Positions 37,882 to 51,559 of a DNA stretch of 64,000 bases are shown here, one piece after another (the first letter of the stretch is position 1; the number at the start of each line of letters is the position of its first letter). The notes below the pieces were generated by a model, which was not told the DNA's origin, made no database searches, and saw only the letters and a program-made list of their open reading frames with translations. Both the position numbers and the translations under genes were made by a program. Origin of the DNA: Felis catus (Eukaryota); NCBI RefSeq assembly GCF_018350175.1, contig NC_058375.1, forward strand, positions 123,628,001 to 123,692,000, given 5' to 3'.

Positions 37882-40800
37882 TGAGGTTGAATTTTTAAAA
37901 AAATTTTATTAGGGCAATTTCAGCTCTCTAAAGGTTTTCCACCTGCATATTTATAAATATATGATAGGGCTTTTTTATACCAATTTTAAGAAGGTCTTCC
38001 ATTCAATATTATACTGTTAGTTTTTCAATACAATAGGCTTATGTGGTAATGAAAAGATGTTAAATGCCAAGTCAAGTAATTAATCATACACAAAGCATGA
38101 CTTCATTTAATAACATTCAATTCACTTATCTGCTATGGTGCTTAGTATAACACTCAGGCAATAAATTTGCAGGTTCATTGAATGTCTATGCAGGCTGGCC
38201 TTAGATTTCATTGATGTGTTCCCTTTTGTCCTCTTCTAGAAGACAACCCATGGCTTAACAATGATATATTTAAGGTCAACTGTAAACATATGAATCGCTT
38301 TATATTTTTTTCCCCTTTCACATTAAATGAAAGTTAAGTGGTCTGCCAAGATGATCATTATATAATCTCAGAAATGTCCTTTTGGGAGAGCCAGTAGAAT
38401 TTTCATAGAACTTGCAACACTATGCCTTTTCTCCCTAGATACTAACTTCAGTACATCTGGTTAGGAAGATTTAGGAAGATTTAAGATTTAGGAAGAGTGA
38501 AGTACAATTCCAAGAGACAAAACATTGATTTTTTTTCCTGAACAATTCTCTTGCTTCACTGATTATGCCATTTTGTCCACCCAAGTTGAACTGTGGTAGA
38601 CAGAGAAAAGACAACTTAGCCTTCCTTCCAACCTTTAAGTTTGTTAAAGGGAAGAAGCTACATAAGTTTACAGTGTAGTTTTGAGTTATTTTGTGGCAAG
38701 CAGCAATATATATGCATTAAAGACCATTTGTTCATTGAATGTTTTGTTACATTTACCATCTTTGAGCAACAAGTGCTCTACAGAAGATGTGAAATAGACA
38801 ATGAAAGATTTTCTTCCTTGAAATCAAAGGAGTCTCTGATAAGAAAACATTCAGGAGGGATACTGCCCAAACAAGAGATAAAGCCAAGTTGAGCACAGTT
38901 GGAAAATGTGGCACCAAAATTATAATATGAACAATGGAGCAACAGTCAAATCATTGCTTTCAAATTTTCAACAAATACACTGAGCAGCCATGGACCAAAA
39001 GGCTCAGTAAATATAAATAGATAGTAGTCAGAATAAGGAAGATAAACAAAGACAAATGGAAACGAGGTGAGATAGAATATACAAAAATATTTAGTGTATT
39101 TTAAGGGATAAATGAAGTTAAAATAAAAAACCCTATCCAAAAGTATGTGCTGAGATGTTAAAAAAAAAAAAAAGGTTTTCTCATTTTCTTTCCTTGGTTG
39201 AAAGCTCTGAATTTTATTAATGAATAGTAAGGCTTAGGTATATGTGACATAAAATGAAACCACTGGAATATCTGGTGATATTACTATGGATCAATAACTA
39301 CCTAGAAACATTTTTTAAAATCAATTTAATATAGACACATGACTTTTTTGGAATGGTACCAGAAGAAGCAAAAGTCGTAAAGGTTTAGAAAAGCATAGAA
39401 ATGATCTGTCCCTTAAGAAAAATGGTAGGATTCTCCCCCAACCCCCATCCCAGCACTCTTTATCCTGCGCTTGTAATCTTTTAGTTGTTCCCTTTGTTTG
39501 TTACAGTTCATAGAGCTGTTTCTGATTTATCGGTTTTAGACATTACAGGTTTTTATCGTGGTTCATGGAGATTGAACTTTCCTAGTCTTACTTCTGATTG
39601 GGGAATTATATTAAATTCAGCCATTGAATATATTAACTACTTTAAGCCATTAACACTTTAATGTGAATAAAAAGCCCTTCAAGTTTTTCCATATTTGATG
39701 GCTTTGCTCAGAGAACTTTGGAAAATGTTTACCATCTAGGCAGAAAAATAAGCCTAGCAGAGAGACACGGTGAAGAGAGAGGAAAATGTGGTGATTCTAC
39801 CCTCTTATCTGATTGTTTTGGTGTTTACAGTCAAATTTCTAAGTAAGCTATCACAATTTTAGACATAGTCAAAGATTATAATGAGCTGTAATATGGGACA
39901 GGAAGTACTGTGTCTTAGCTGGGCACAGCGAATACCATCTTAGTTCTAATGGAGTGGGAGAAGAGAGAGCACCTACTGAGTAGGCAATGAGTAGTCACTT
40001 CCATGTTCGTGTGATTAAAAATATTTTTCCTGTTTTTAAAAATTATGGCTTCTGATTTTCTAAAGAAAAATGGTGGAGAATACTAAAGGGATTGAAAATG
40101 AAGAGTCCTTTTTGAGCAGAATAGCTCTAGCTATCCTCTAAGAAAAATATTTTTATGTATGTTGAACACTACTTCTAGTAATATGCTTATAGAGAGTTAT
40201 AAGCTTTCAAAGTTGTTTCAAAGAACATTATATAAGTTGATGATCCTACCAGTCCCATATGTAGGTGGTACAGAGATTATAATCTTTATTATATAGATAT
40301 GAAAATGGGGTACAGAAATAATAAATGTCTTCCCCAGGGTCACATGTCTTTGAGTTCTAATTTATTCTCTACTTTTTCTACTTTAGCATCACGTGGAAAC
40401 ATTGTGAGAAGAATCTTCCATGAAGGGCTGTGGTAGCGTTGGGATGGGGAGAGAAGTTGGCAAATACAAACAAGGCACCAATGTCAAAGTTATCTGCATT
40501 CTCCTCAAGTTATTCTTCCTGTGAATCACTGCATATTTGTCAAATAAGTCTGGAATTCCCCTATCTGCTGTTCAGGACTCCCTTTCACTGTAGTGTAGCA
40601 ATAGCAGTAAGCCTTGAAATCAAATCCTGTTGTACAGGTATTGTGTAGTTTTGAGATCCTCCATAAGGCACAAAACCAACTTGGTGGTTATAGACATTTG
40701 GCCATATAGTTAGTAATGTAAATGTTAGTGGCCTGTCCTCCAAATTTTTATACATAAAGATAAATCAACAAGAATAATATTATTAAGAGCTGCAGATTGT

Positions 40801-41155
40801 TCAAAAATAGACTTCGTGAATATGAAAACAAGTGGTTACATGGAGTTTAGGGAGAATGAAGATACTTTATACATTTTACACATTCAGATGTCCTGCAATT
40901 CTCGTTTTCATTTAGTTCACTTAAGCTGTGCTTGCATAAAGACTTTATGACAAATCTGAAAGGAAGGAAAAGAATTCAGTCATATTATGTCTAAAGGAAA
41001 AATGCGGTTATTAAACCATGTTAATTTTTAACTGAAAAATAGTTGATTGTTTCCCTGGATTTTACCACTGTAACTATTTAAATGTAAATTTTTAAAATCA
41101 CATAAAAGCACCCAGTTAAAGCTTGTGCTGTACTAGGTATTAAAAGCTCTTTACA

Positions 41156-41376
41156 GGGGTGCCTGGGTGGCTCAGTGGGTTAAGTGTCCAACTTCAGCTC
41201 AGGTCATGATCTCACAGTTTGTGAGTTCGAGCCCTGCATCGGGCTCTGTGCCGGCAGCTTGGAGGCTGGAGCCTGCTTTGGATTCTGTCTCCCTCTCTTT
41301 CTGACCCTTCCTTGCTTGTGCTCTGTCTCTTTTTCTCTCTCTAAAATAAATAAACATTAAAAAATAATTTAAAAAA
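41156..41376 (+). mobile_element. Can-SINE
   Basis: TSD taaaagctctttacag. Confidence 0.94.
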
Positions 41377-41802
41377 TAAAAGCTCTTTACAGACCACAAA
41401 AGTTACTGATAATATTTCAAATAGAAGACGTCTGTAAATTCACACCATATATACTATTGCATTCTAGTAATCTGAGGAAATGAAACGTTCTCCTTCAAAT
41501 TCCAAATCCTTGAGTTCCTATCCATAATAATAATTTATTTAGACCCTCTCAATGTGTAATATCAATGAAGTTACACCAAATACACACTACCAGAGGTATT
41601 TATAGTGGTATTTTCTTTCATATTACATAGCTTCCAGGTAAAAGAAAACTCTACCCTATATTTATAACTTTCTTATTAAGGATAATTTTCAAACAGAATA
41701 ATGGAGAATAGAAATAATAATACAGGGAACTCTCACACACTTATCATCCAGTTCCACAAGTGATAAATGCATGGCTACCCTGTTTCATCTTTACCCTTAT
41801 CC

Positions 41803-42354
41803 TGTGGTAGATTATAGATGGTTCCACGTTTTTTACCATACCTTCCATTGAGAGATGAAGCCTAATTCCCTTCACCTTGAATGTGGGTTGACCATAGAGA
41901 TCTGCTTGACCATAGAATGTGACAGAAGTATCTTTCTGGTTATTTCCAAGGTGAAGTCTTAATAAGCCTTCAAATTTCCATCTAGATCCCTTGGGACACA
42001 TTCTCTGAGAGCCCTGAGCAGCCATGTCAAGTCTGACAACCATGAAACTACACTGAGTTTCAAAAGTCTGAGTTGAGCCCTGGCTTCCATTCTGTCTCTT
42101 CAAGGGATGCTTGTTTCATCCTCAAACAAACAAATAAACAAACAAATAAAATCATCTTGAACCTTCTCAACTTGACCATGGGCTAATCAAATGCTACCTA
42201 GTGACTTCAGATGGTACCACATGGAGTAGAAGAATCCCACAGCTGAGACTTGCTCAAATTCCTAACCCACAGAATTTTAAGATTTAATAAAATGTTTGTT
42301 GTTTTGAGCCACTAAATTTGGGGTTTATTATGCTGCAATTGGTACAGTGGAACA
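41803..42354 (+). mobile_element. MLT1 MaLR LTR
   Basis: tgtggtagattatagatgg..; caaattcctaacccacagaa..aataaaatgtttgttgttttgagccactaaatttgggg. Confidence 0.82.
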
Positions 42355-42448
42355 ATTACATTACCATTATCACCCCTAAAATAATTAACAATGCCCTAAA
42401 ATATCAAATATCTAGTATTCAAAGCATAAATCACCTTTTTGTTGCATA

Positions 42449-42593
42449 TTTTTTTTAACTTTTTTTTCTCTTAAGTTGGCTCCATGTTCAGTGCAGAGCC
42501 TGACACAGGGCTTGAACTCACAAACCATGAGATCATGACCTGAGCCAAGATCAAGAGTTGGACGCTTAACTGACTCAACCACCCAGGCACTCC
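42449..42593 (-). mobile_element. Short Can-SINE
   Basis: Reverse tRNA-like body plus T tail. Confidence 0.85.
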
Positions 42594-43120
42594 TTAAATA
42601 TTTTGTTTTAACCAAGATCTAAATGAAGTTCACACATGGCAACTGATTTTTATATCTCTAAATTTCTCAACCTATTGGTTTCCATTTCCTTTTTGTTTTC
42701 CCTCTCAAATCATTTGTTTAAGAAATTGGATTATTTGTCCTCAGCGTGTCCTACAATGAGGGGCTTAGTGTTATTTACTGAGTTCTATCACCTGTGGTTT
42801 AGATATAGAGACTTGATTAATTTCAGGTTGGGTTTCTGGCAAGGCTGTGTCACAGGTCGCATTATATACTTGTGTCAGGAGGCACATTATATCAGGTTAT
42901 CTCTTGTTTTGTGATGTTAGCAGCCATTGATAATCGGTGCCTAGATCCATCCATTAGTCAAGTGGGATTGTGAAATGGATATTTTATCGGCCATCACTAC
43001 ATAAGAAAGGATCAAAGTATCTCTGCGCCATGACTTTCACTTCATCTTGTTTCCAAAGCAAGTCATATGGCCAAAGCCGAAGTTAGGAGGTAGCAACATA
43101 GTTCTGCCTGCAGTGATAGG

Positions 43121-43730
43121 TGAAGAGTTAGGCCCCAGGCCACAGCTCTGTGTACGACCTCTCAGACCTATGGGCAATTATAAGGCTTTGCCAGGAAAGC
43201 CTCATAGGGGGAAGTTGGCCCTCCCCACACCACACTTGGTACAAGGCACAGTCTGGAGGTGCAGAGAGGGACTCGGGCCCCACCCCCAGAAGCCATGCTC
43301 TCACACATGGCTGCTTTCTTAGCCCAGGTGCCTCCATTCACACTTCACTTTGCAGGAATCTCAGGTGAGGCCCTTCCCAGGTATAGGCTCCAAGACTCAT
43401 CAGGACCTTTGCTGAGGCGTTTTTCTCCACTTGGACTAGTACTTTTGTTCTCTGAGCCCTTCCCTCTCTCCTTCCTCTCAGTCCCTGGGTCCACAAAAAG
43501 GCAGGAGCCTTGGGTCCAGGCTTGTTGGAGTGAGCTATTCTCCCCATCTTTAGGGCTTCTACTTGCCCCTGGACCCATGTAGTTCCCTAGGGAAAACCTG
43601 AACACGGGGGAGCTTGTGCCTTTCTCTTTTGCCTCTTACCTGCGTTGTTGCCGTAAGTAAATGTGGCTGAATTGTTCCTGTCAGTTTGGCTGTTGCCCTA
43701 ATGGACTACCTTGACAACTGTGGTTCAACA
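43121..43730 (+). mobile_element. Probable ERV solo LTR (family unassigned) nested in an MLT1 LTR
   Basis: GC-richer ~610-bp TG..CA block with TATA-like gtatagg and AGTAAA; MLT1-like flanks resume on both sides. Confidence 0.5.
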
Positions 43731-43840
43731 AGGAGCATTGCAAAGTTGCATGAAAAAGGATGTGGATCCTGGAGAGAGTGAAGAATTGGGCCAAATGTAT
43801 CAAATATTATTCTTTCCTTATTAATTAGCTAGAATATTTC

Positions 43841-44285
43841 CTTTAAAAGATTTTTAAAATTTTTATTTAACATTTATTCATTTTTGTGAGACAGAGAGAG
43901 ACAGAGCATGAGTGGGAGACGGGCAGAGAGTGAGGGAGACACAGAATCCGAAGCAGGCTCCAGGCTCTGAGCTGTCAGCACAGAGCCCAACACAGGGCTC
44001 AAACTCATGAACCATGACATCATGACCAGAGCTGAAGTTGGACGCTTAACTGACTGAGCCACCCAGGCGCCCCCCCCCCAAAATATTTATTTACTTATTT
44101 TGAAAGAGAGAGGGCACACATGCTCACAGGGGGAGGGGCAGAGAGAGCGGGAGAGAATCCCAAGCAGGCTCCCTGCTGTCAGCACAGAGCCCAACTCAGG
44201 GCTCAAATCCATAGACTGTGAGATCATGACCTGAGCCGAAATCAGGAGTCAGATGCTTAGCTGGCTGAGTCACCCAAGCGCCCCC
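43841..44285 (-). mobile_element. Two head-to-tail Can-SINEs (43841-44079 and 44080-44285)
   Basis: Two full reverse copies bracketed by one TSD agaatatttc (43831-43840 / 44286-44295). Confidence 0.93.
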
Positions 44286-45055
44286 AGAATATTTCTATAA
44301 AAAGAAACTTACTAGTTTTTCAAAATAGTTGGTTGATACTTAGCATGTTCAAAAGTTAACAAACAAATCTTATACGATTTTTAAAAAATTAACTTATGGA
44401 TTTCAAACATATTTGTTACTTCAAAATCTATTGCAATTACTAATCTGATTTTGCTTAAATGATTCCATCTTTTGCTAGTGAGAACTTTATGAAGTTACAC
44501 CTGAACCTTTCTTATATGACCAAGTAGTCTTTGATAGCTTCATTGTTTCTGTATGACAGGATGCTTCAGACTTCACATCAGGCATTCAGCACTTAATTTT
44601 ATAATATATAGACAGATACAGGGATGGAGGGTCAACTTAATTTTTAATATATTTGAAGAGAGTTTATTTTCAGTTGGAAGATTAAGTAATCTTGTGACCA
44701 GGACAAATTTGTATATAAAATATGCTTTAAAAATTCAAAATTTTAAATGTGGTAGTGAGATTGTTTTCACCGTGTTTCAGGAGAGTCAAGCCATGTCTGG
44801 TGAGGGCTAACTTCAGAGAGAATAAGGGGGGACAATCACCATTGTGTCTTATGTCAGCTTCATCCTCCCTTCAGTACTGAATCCAGGGCCCAGAATGTGA
44901 CATCTTTCTATCATTGATAAAACATAGTATTCATCTTTGGCTTTACCCAAACCTTTTAGATGGCACATACATCTCTCCTGTAGTCAAACGTATTTAATTC
45001 ATCAAGTACTAACAAGTACTAACTGAGCTCTACCATTGTATAAAAGCAACCAACT

Positions 45056-45270
45056 GGGGCATCTGGGTGGCTAAGTTGGTTGAGCATCCAACTTCGGCTC
45101 AGGTAATGATCTTGTGGTCTGTGAGTACGAGCCCCGCGTCAGGCTCTATGCTGACAGCTCAGAGCCTGGAGCCTGCTTCGGATTCTGTGTCTCCCTCTCT
45201 CTCTGCCCCCTCCCCTGCTCATGCTCTGTCTCTCTCTCTGTCAAAAATAAATAAACATTAAAAAAAAAAA
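45056..45270 (+). mobile_element. Can-SINE
   Basis: TSD aaaagca(a/g)ccaact. Confidence 0.95.
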
Positions 45271-46429
45271 GCAGCCAACTGGGGTCTGTAAAATACAGAA
45301 GAAATACATGAGAAAGGTGAAATATATTCCCTGCTTATACAGTCAGGCTGGAGAGACAAGATACAGGAAGAATTAGATTTTGATCCCAGATAATATGTAA
45401 TTATATGTTCAAACAAGTGACACTAATACTTATTGCTATGGGATTTCAGAGGACAGAGATTAATTAGCTTAGCATGGTCCGAGATGGATTTATGGAGGAT
45501 TGTTCCTTGATCCAAATACTGAAAAATGAGTGTCATTTCCATGGGTTGAAGTAGAAAGGGAGTGGAGAACATGAGCAGTTTATAAAGATGAGCAGTTTAT
45601 AAAGATGGCCTGGAGGACAGTGGGGTGGCTGGCCACTTTGCAGCAGAGGGCACAGGCTGGAAAGCTGAGTAGATACGTTGGAATACATGGGCCAGAATCA
45701 ATCTCCTGGCAATTTGAACGCTAAGCTGAAGAGCTCAGATTTCAGAAAAGCATTTGCCCTTCGTCTCAGCTGCCAAGGTCTTTTCTGTTAACCAATAGCT
45801 AGCATATTTATTTCAGAAAAAAATCCAAGTGTATGATTAAAGTAGGAAAAAACTATCAGAGTTTGAAGTGGTAATAGAGTTTGCAGAGTAGAGACTTAAG
45901 TGAATGGTAAGGAAAATAAGGTAGTAAACTCAAAGAGAAGAGTCTACTCATTTATGTAACAAATATTTATTGAATACAAACATGTGCAAATCATGGGCTA
46001 GGCACTGAGAATGAAGAAGAGTACCATTCATTAAGAACTTATTAATGGTTTGAATAATTGAAGAAGAATCAACACCTTAATATAGATGACTTAATAATTT
46101 ATTTCCTAACAGTAGAATTTCAGGCTGTGTACTAGTCCACAGAGGAGGTGTTTTTTGTCATACTTGCCTTTCCTGTCATCTCAGGTGATCACACATGCTC
46201 ACGCCTACACTACACCCATGTGTTATGCCACACTTGAAAAGTGAATTGAACTCCTCCAAACTGTTAATCTCATTCTCCACACTCTCATATTCTTGGCTTT
46301 TAAGAGCTCCCAGGAGGACAAGGGAGCAGTAAAGCAAGAGTTCTGAAAAGTTGAAGACAACACATTAAGCGTAAGCTAGCTGCTCTGGAGCAGGGACCTT
46401 ATTTAGGAATATTTGTCAGAGAGCATTTA

Positions 46430-47270
46430 TCATGCACTCATTCCATCAGTAAATATTAATTTAGCTCCTTTTATATTTTAGACACTGATCTAGATGCTGG
46501 GGATACAGTCGTGAACAAGACTGAAAACCTTCCTGTACTCATGGAGCTGATAATCTGGTGGAAAACAAACGAATAGTGGTAAGTGCTATGAAGAAAAGTA
46601 TACAGCGAGGCAGGATGATGAAGAGTGACGGGGGTGGGAATGGGTGCAGTGATGGGAAGGCAGTAATTTTAGATTGGGTGGATTGGGGAGAAACCTCTCT
46701 GAGGAGATGGCATGGAACACTTCAGGAATAGTGTTCCAGGAGAAAGAAAGGCAGATACAAAGGCTCTAATGCAGGAAGGGCTAAGGATGGCGGAGGTACT
46801 GCAAGAAGGCAGTGTGGATGGAATCCTGTGAGCAGGGGGATACATGGCAGGAGAGGGAGGTAGGGGCCAGTGTATCTAGGGCCTTGTAGGTTCTGTAGGA
46901 ATACTGGATTATTCAGTGTGATAAGAACTGTGGATGGTTTTGAGAATGGGAATGATATGACTTGATTTATATTTTTAGATGATCATTCTAAATACAGTCT
47001 GGAGAAAAAGACTGTATAGGGGAACCGTGGATGCAGGTCTGTAGATGCACTGTTGGTAATCGAGGTGAGAAGTGACAGCGGTTTGGACTAGGGTGTGGGG
47101 GGAGAGGTTGTGAAAAGTGCCCAGACTTTTGAAGGTGGAGCTGGCAGAACTTGTTGATGTACTTGGGTGTGAGAAAAAAGGTGAATAAAGGCTAACACTC
47201 CCCTACCCCAGGGTGAATGGTACGCCCATTTACTAAGATGGTGAAAGGCTGGGGGAGGAGAAGGTTTGGC
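46430..47270 (-). mobile_element. L2 3' region
   Basis: cattccatcagtaaatatt..tagatgctggggatacag..gaacaagac. Confidence 0.78.
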
Positions 47271-47909
47271 ACTTATTATTTGCTGAATGATCCAGTAAAT
47301 CCAACAATCAATGATGGTCCAGAGTGAGGTAAGATGATAAGTGCATGTAGTGGCCGGGAATCATTCTAGATCATCAGAGAATTTCAGGCATTGGGGTATA
47401 GAAACCCTCGAAAAAAGAAAATTTACGAGTGCCGTGGCAGAAAGAAAATTAGCTAGTAGTTAGCACTGGACTGAAGCTCAGAACATTTTCAGGGTTTGAA
47501 ATAAGGGATGGAAGAGAAAGGATTAGGCATTTCCCCCTAAGGCCTCTAACTTTTACGTTGACCATGTTCCTCCATTGATCTACTATTTTAGACGCTCAAG
47601 AAAGTAAATTTTTTTCTTGATTGTGTAGGAATAAGCTGCCCCTTCAGCTGGAACAGGGAGCTAGAGTATCTCTCCACCCAAGTTTTACAGGCTTTCACCC
47701 AAATCTAGCATTGGCATATGTTGCCTAATAAGAAAAGCACAACACTTCCTGAATTGGCTTAACTCCATCTCACACGTGAACCTTGCTGTAGCCACATAAG
47801 TAAACCATGCTTATAGCAGATGGCGGAGGTGTAGTTTCCATTTGAGCAAACTGTCTTTCACTCTTCTCAGCTGTATGCATTCAAGCAACTGCCAAGAGTA
47901 AGTTAAGTT

Positions 47910-48360
47910 TCCTTATTTTATTTTGCACATATGTAATTTTAAAATTCTTTATTTTGAAAACTTTAAAGTTCCAGAGCATTGCCAAGAATTGTACAATGAA
48001 CTCTCATATACTCTTCCTCTAGACTAATTGCTGGCATTCTGCTATATTTGCCTTACCACCATCTCTTTAGATGTATATATTCATATAACTACACATACAC
48101 GTGTATTATTATTACTGCTATTTGTGTTGTGGAACCACTTAGTGTAAGTTATAGATACCATAACCCTTTATCTTTTCCTGATGTATTTCCTGATATTCTC
48201 TTATATAACCATAGACAATGACCAGGTCCAGTAAATTTAACTTTGATACCCATTACCATCTAATGCACAGTCCATATTCAAATTGTACTTGATGTCCTAG
48301 TAATGGCCTTTATAGCTTTTTTTCTTCTGATTCATTGCACTGTATTTAGTTGTCACCTTA
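47910..48360 (-). mobile_element. L1MC4/5-like 3' fragment
   Basis: atattctcttatataaccatag..aaatttaactttgatac..cagtccatattcaaat. Confidence 0.6.
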
Positions 48361-48627
48361 TGACATATTTGATGTTCTTCTTTTCCTGTCTCTATAGTCA
48401 TAACTTATGTTGTAAGTCTTTCCCTCCCTTATTTAAGTCACTAAGCCATTAACCATTTAAGGGGAGGGGAGGACAAGTCTAGGGGAGGACAAAAAAGTAG
48501 AGAAGAAATTTCCCATTATGTTATTTCTTAAGAAGACAATACTTTCATTCATGACATGACAAGACTATAGCTTGAAAGCTTCAAGTGTGAAATAAGGTAT
48601 ATGTAAGAGCTCAAGGAATTTAGAGAA

Positions 48628-48731
48628 TAAGGGAGGAAAGAGAAAAAGGAAGGAGGAAAAGGAAGAAGGAGAGACAGAGAGGGAAAGAGAGGGAGAGGGA
48701 GAGAGAGGGGGAGAGAGAGAGAGAGGCAGAA
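48628..48731. repeat. Polypurine (GA-rich) low-complexity tract
   Basis: ~100 nt almost entirely A/G. Confidence 0.9.
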
Positions 48732-49105
48732 GCACCATAGGGTCAGGGTTAGCCTCCAACTTAGAGAGCCCAACTCTCTGAGGTGGGCTGGGCATTTCTT
48801 TACTGGATACTAAAGTAGGAGTGTAACCTGCACCAAAGGTTTTAATTCATGTAATTCTACCTTGGTCCTTAGGTTGAGAGTCATTGTAACACAATCCAAA
48901 AACATCACGGTAAGCCAAACAAACTGCTCATCCTGTGCATTCTTCTGATGTTGGTTGGATCTATTTTGGTTTGCAGGTTTGAGACGTCTATATTGACCTC
49001 AAAACACATCATTCTACGTATGCATTCCCAGTAGGGGCAATCCTCCAGGGAAAATTTAGTTTACTGTTCAGTAAATCTGTGAGTAACATATTTCCATTCA
49101 TTACA

Positions 49106-49336
49106 CCAAGGTATCTCAGCCTCAGCACTATTGACATTTTGGGATAGGACCATTGTTGGCACTACCACCATTCTTTGTTAAGGGGATATCCTAAGTTTTA
49201 AAGGTGTTTAGTACCATTATTTGCCTCTACTCACTAGATACCAGTAGCACCTACCCCATTGTGATAACCATAACATATCTCCAGAGGTTGCCAAATGTCC
49301 TTTGCAGGGTTAAAATCAGCCCACTGAGAACCACAT
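49106..49336. mobile_element. MER20 (hAT-Charlie)
   Basis: tctcagcctcagcactattgacattttggg..cactagataccagtagcacc..ttgccaaatgtcc..tgagaaccac. Confidence 0.85.
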
Positions 49337-49653
49337 TAGATGGAACTCCACATTAGATGGGGCCATTTCTGATTAACTTATTATTGTGTGATAAGCACCA
49401 TGTTTGCTACAGAATAAGTACGTGGTAAAGAGCAAGCTAGTGAATTAAAGTGCTATATTTGTGCTAATTTGCTCAGTATCCCTATTATGTTTGTATTCCG
49501 TTGTCTCCACTACAGACTTTCTCAGGGATTGAACAAGGAAGGGCTGGCTTGGCTCCATGTAATCTTTATGATGAAAATACATTTCAATTAATATTCAAAG
49601 TCCTCGTTGACCCATCAAATGCAGATGAATAAATACAACCCAGTATGCAATTA

Positions 49654-50190
49654 CTGATCTTCCTCAACTGATGATAGAATTACGGGCTGATAAGCCCGTA
49701 ATTTATGATAAGCCCATCATAAATTGAGACTATTATAAGTCGAAAATGCATTTAATACACCTAGCCTGCCAAACATCATAGCTTAGCCTTGCCTATCTTA
49801 AATGTGCTTAGAACACTTACCTTAGCCCACAGGAGGACAGTATCATCAAACACAAAGCCTATTTTATAATGAAGTGATGACTGTCTCATGGAACTGATTG
49901 ACTATTGTACTGAAAGTGAAAATCCGAATGGCTACATGGATACACGGCGGTTGTAAGTGTATTGCTTGTTTGCCCTCGTGACTGTAAGGCCGGCTGGGAG
50001 CTGCAGCCCGCTGCCCAGATCACAAGAGAGGATCCTATCGTGTATCACTAGCCTGGGAAAAGATCCAATTTCAAGTTTCAAAGTACAGTTCCAAGTGAAT
50101 GCATATCACTTTCACATCAACATAAGAAAAATTAAAAATTGACATATGAAAAATCATTAAGTCCAACCATATTTAGCTGGGGACCATCTG
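49654..50190. mobile_element. MER47/Tigger5-like element
   Basis: taagtcgaaaatgcatttaatacaccta..aacatcatagcttagcct; end ggggaccatctg|ta; TA flanks. Confidence 0.8.
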
Positions 50191-51559
50191 TATGTTCAGA
50201 TCTATTCATTTCATTTATTAAAGAAAAAGATCATTGACAGTTTAAGAGGGGGGGGGGACAGGGAAGGTGGTGGGACAAAGACAGCTGACATCTCTCACTG
50301 AAAATTCCTGGGTGGAATATACAGAGGGGCGGGTTTTAATGCCCTTGGGAGAATGATCAACTTGGTCTGTCGGGAAAATTGAAGGGTCAATCATCTAAAC
50401 TACAAGAGACTCCTTTTTAGCTGTAACAGATGCACAGTGTGCAAAATAACCTTTTGTTTATTTTCATCAGACTGGAAAGGCACGGAGAGATGGGGTGTAT
50501 GTTAACTCACCGCATTTAAAATACTACCTTAATCTGCGCAGGATGCTAGTAGAGGGGGAGGCTGGGTGGGTAGGGAGCAGGGGGTACACAGGAACTCTAT
50601 ATACTTTCTGCTCAGTTTTGCAGTGAACCTAAAACTGCTTAAAAAAAAAAAAGTCTATGGGGAAAAAAGAAATGTCTTAACATTTGCTAAGACATTAATG
50701 CTAAGTTTAGTGGACTCAAACTACATTTTTCAAATTTTCCTATTTCATGTGTCCTTCTCATACTTAATGACCTCAAAAATCATACGGTTTCAGTGATAAC
50801 AGCTGCTCCAAGGAGACGATAATGATGCAAACTCCTGGCAGGGGGAGAAGCTGAAGTGAAGGTCATTCTAAGATGAGGCTTTTCTGACAGCTTTGCCTGC
50901 CTGGTTTTTTTCACCACCTGCACCTCCCTGATTTTCAAAGTACCTATTTTATATCTTAATTGAACTGCAGTTTAAAACCCTTGAAAGCACAACACAGAGG
51001 ATTTTTGGAAGGTGAAGCAACACTTCAGGTATTTTAGATTTTGCAAGATTCAGCTTTTAACATCTGGCCTAACAATATCCACATAAATGATAGCTCACTA
51101 CTTAAAAAAAGAGAGAGAGATCGAAGATTTAAATGCATCTTCTAGGAGGCAAATTAAGGAGATTTTCAGCAGGATTTATACTCCCCCCCCCACCTCCTGC
51201 AGCACAGTGTTCTGGTTGCCACACCCTATCATTACATTAGTTGGTTCCCCTCCTTTTCCTGGCTCGGAGCAGCACTCTGCTTTGCCACCTGTTAATCCCA
51301 TTTCATGCTTTGGAGTTGCCCACTTGACCACTGATTTTATCTTTGATATTTTCTAGCAGCTGTCATAGACAGCACAGGATAGGATTTGACAACACTGTTC
51401 TGTATTTCTTGCTCAGTTCCGACCCTTCTACCTGCTCAGCCAGTTTTACCCACTCAACAGATATGTGCCTATGTTCCAGGGACTCTCTGAGGCACTGAAG
51501 ATATGCACATTGTGCTGTTGGGAAGATATTTAATACTCTTGGTGGCGATACCACATCCA

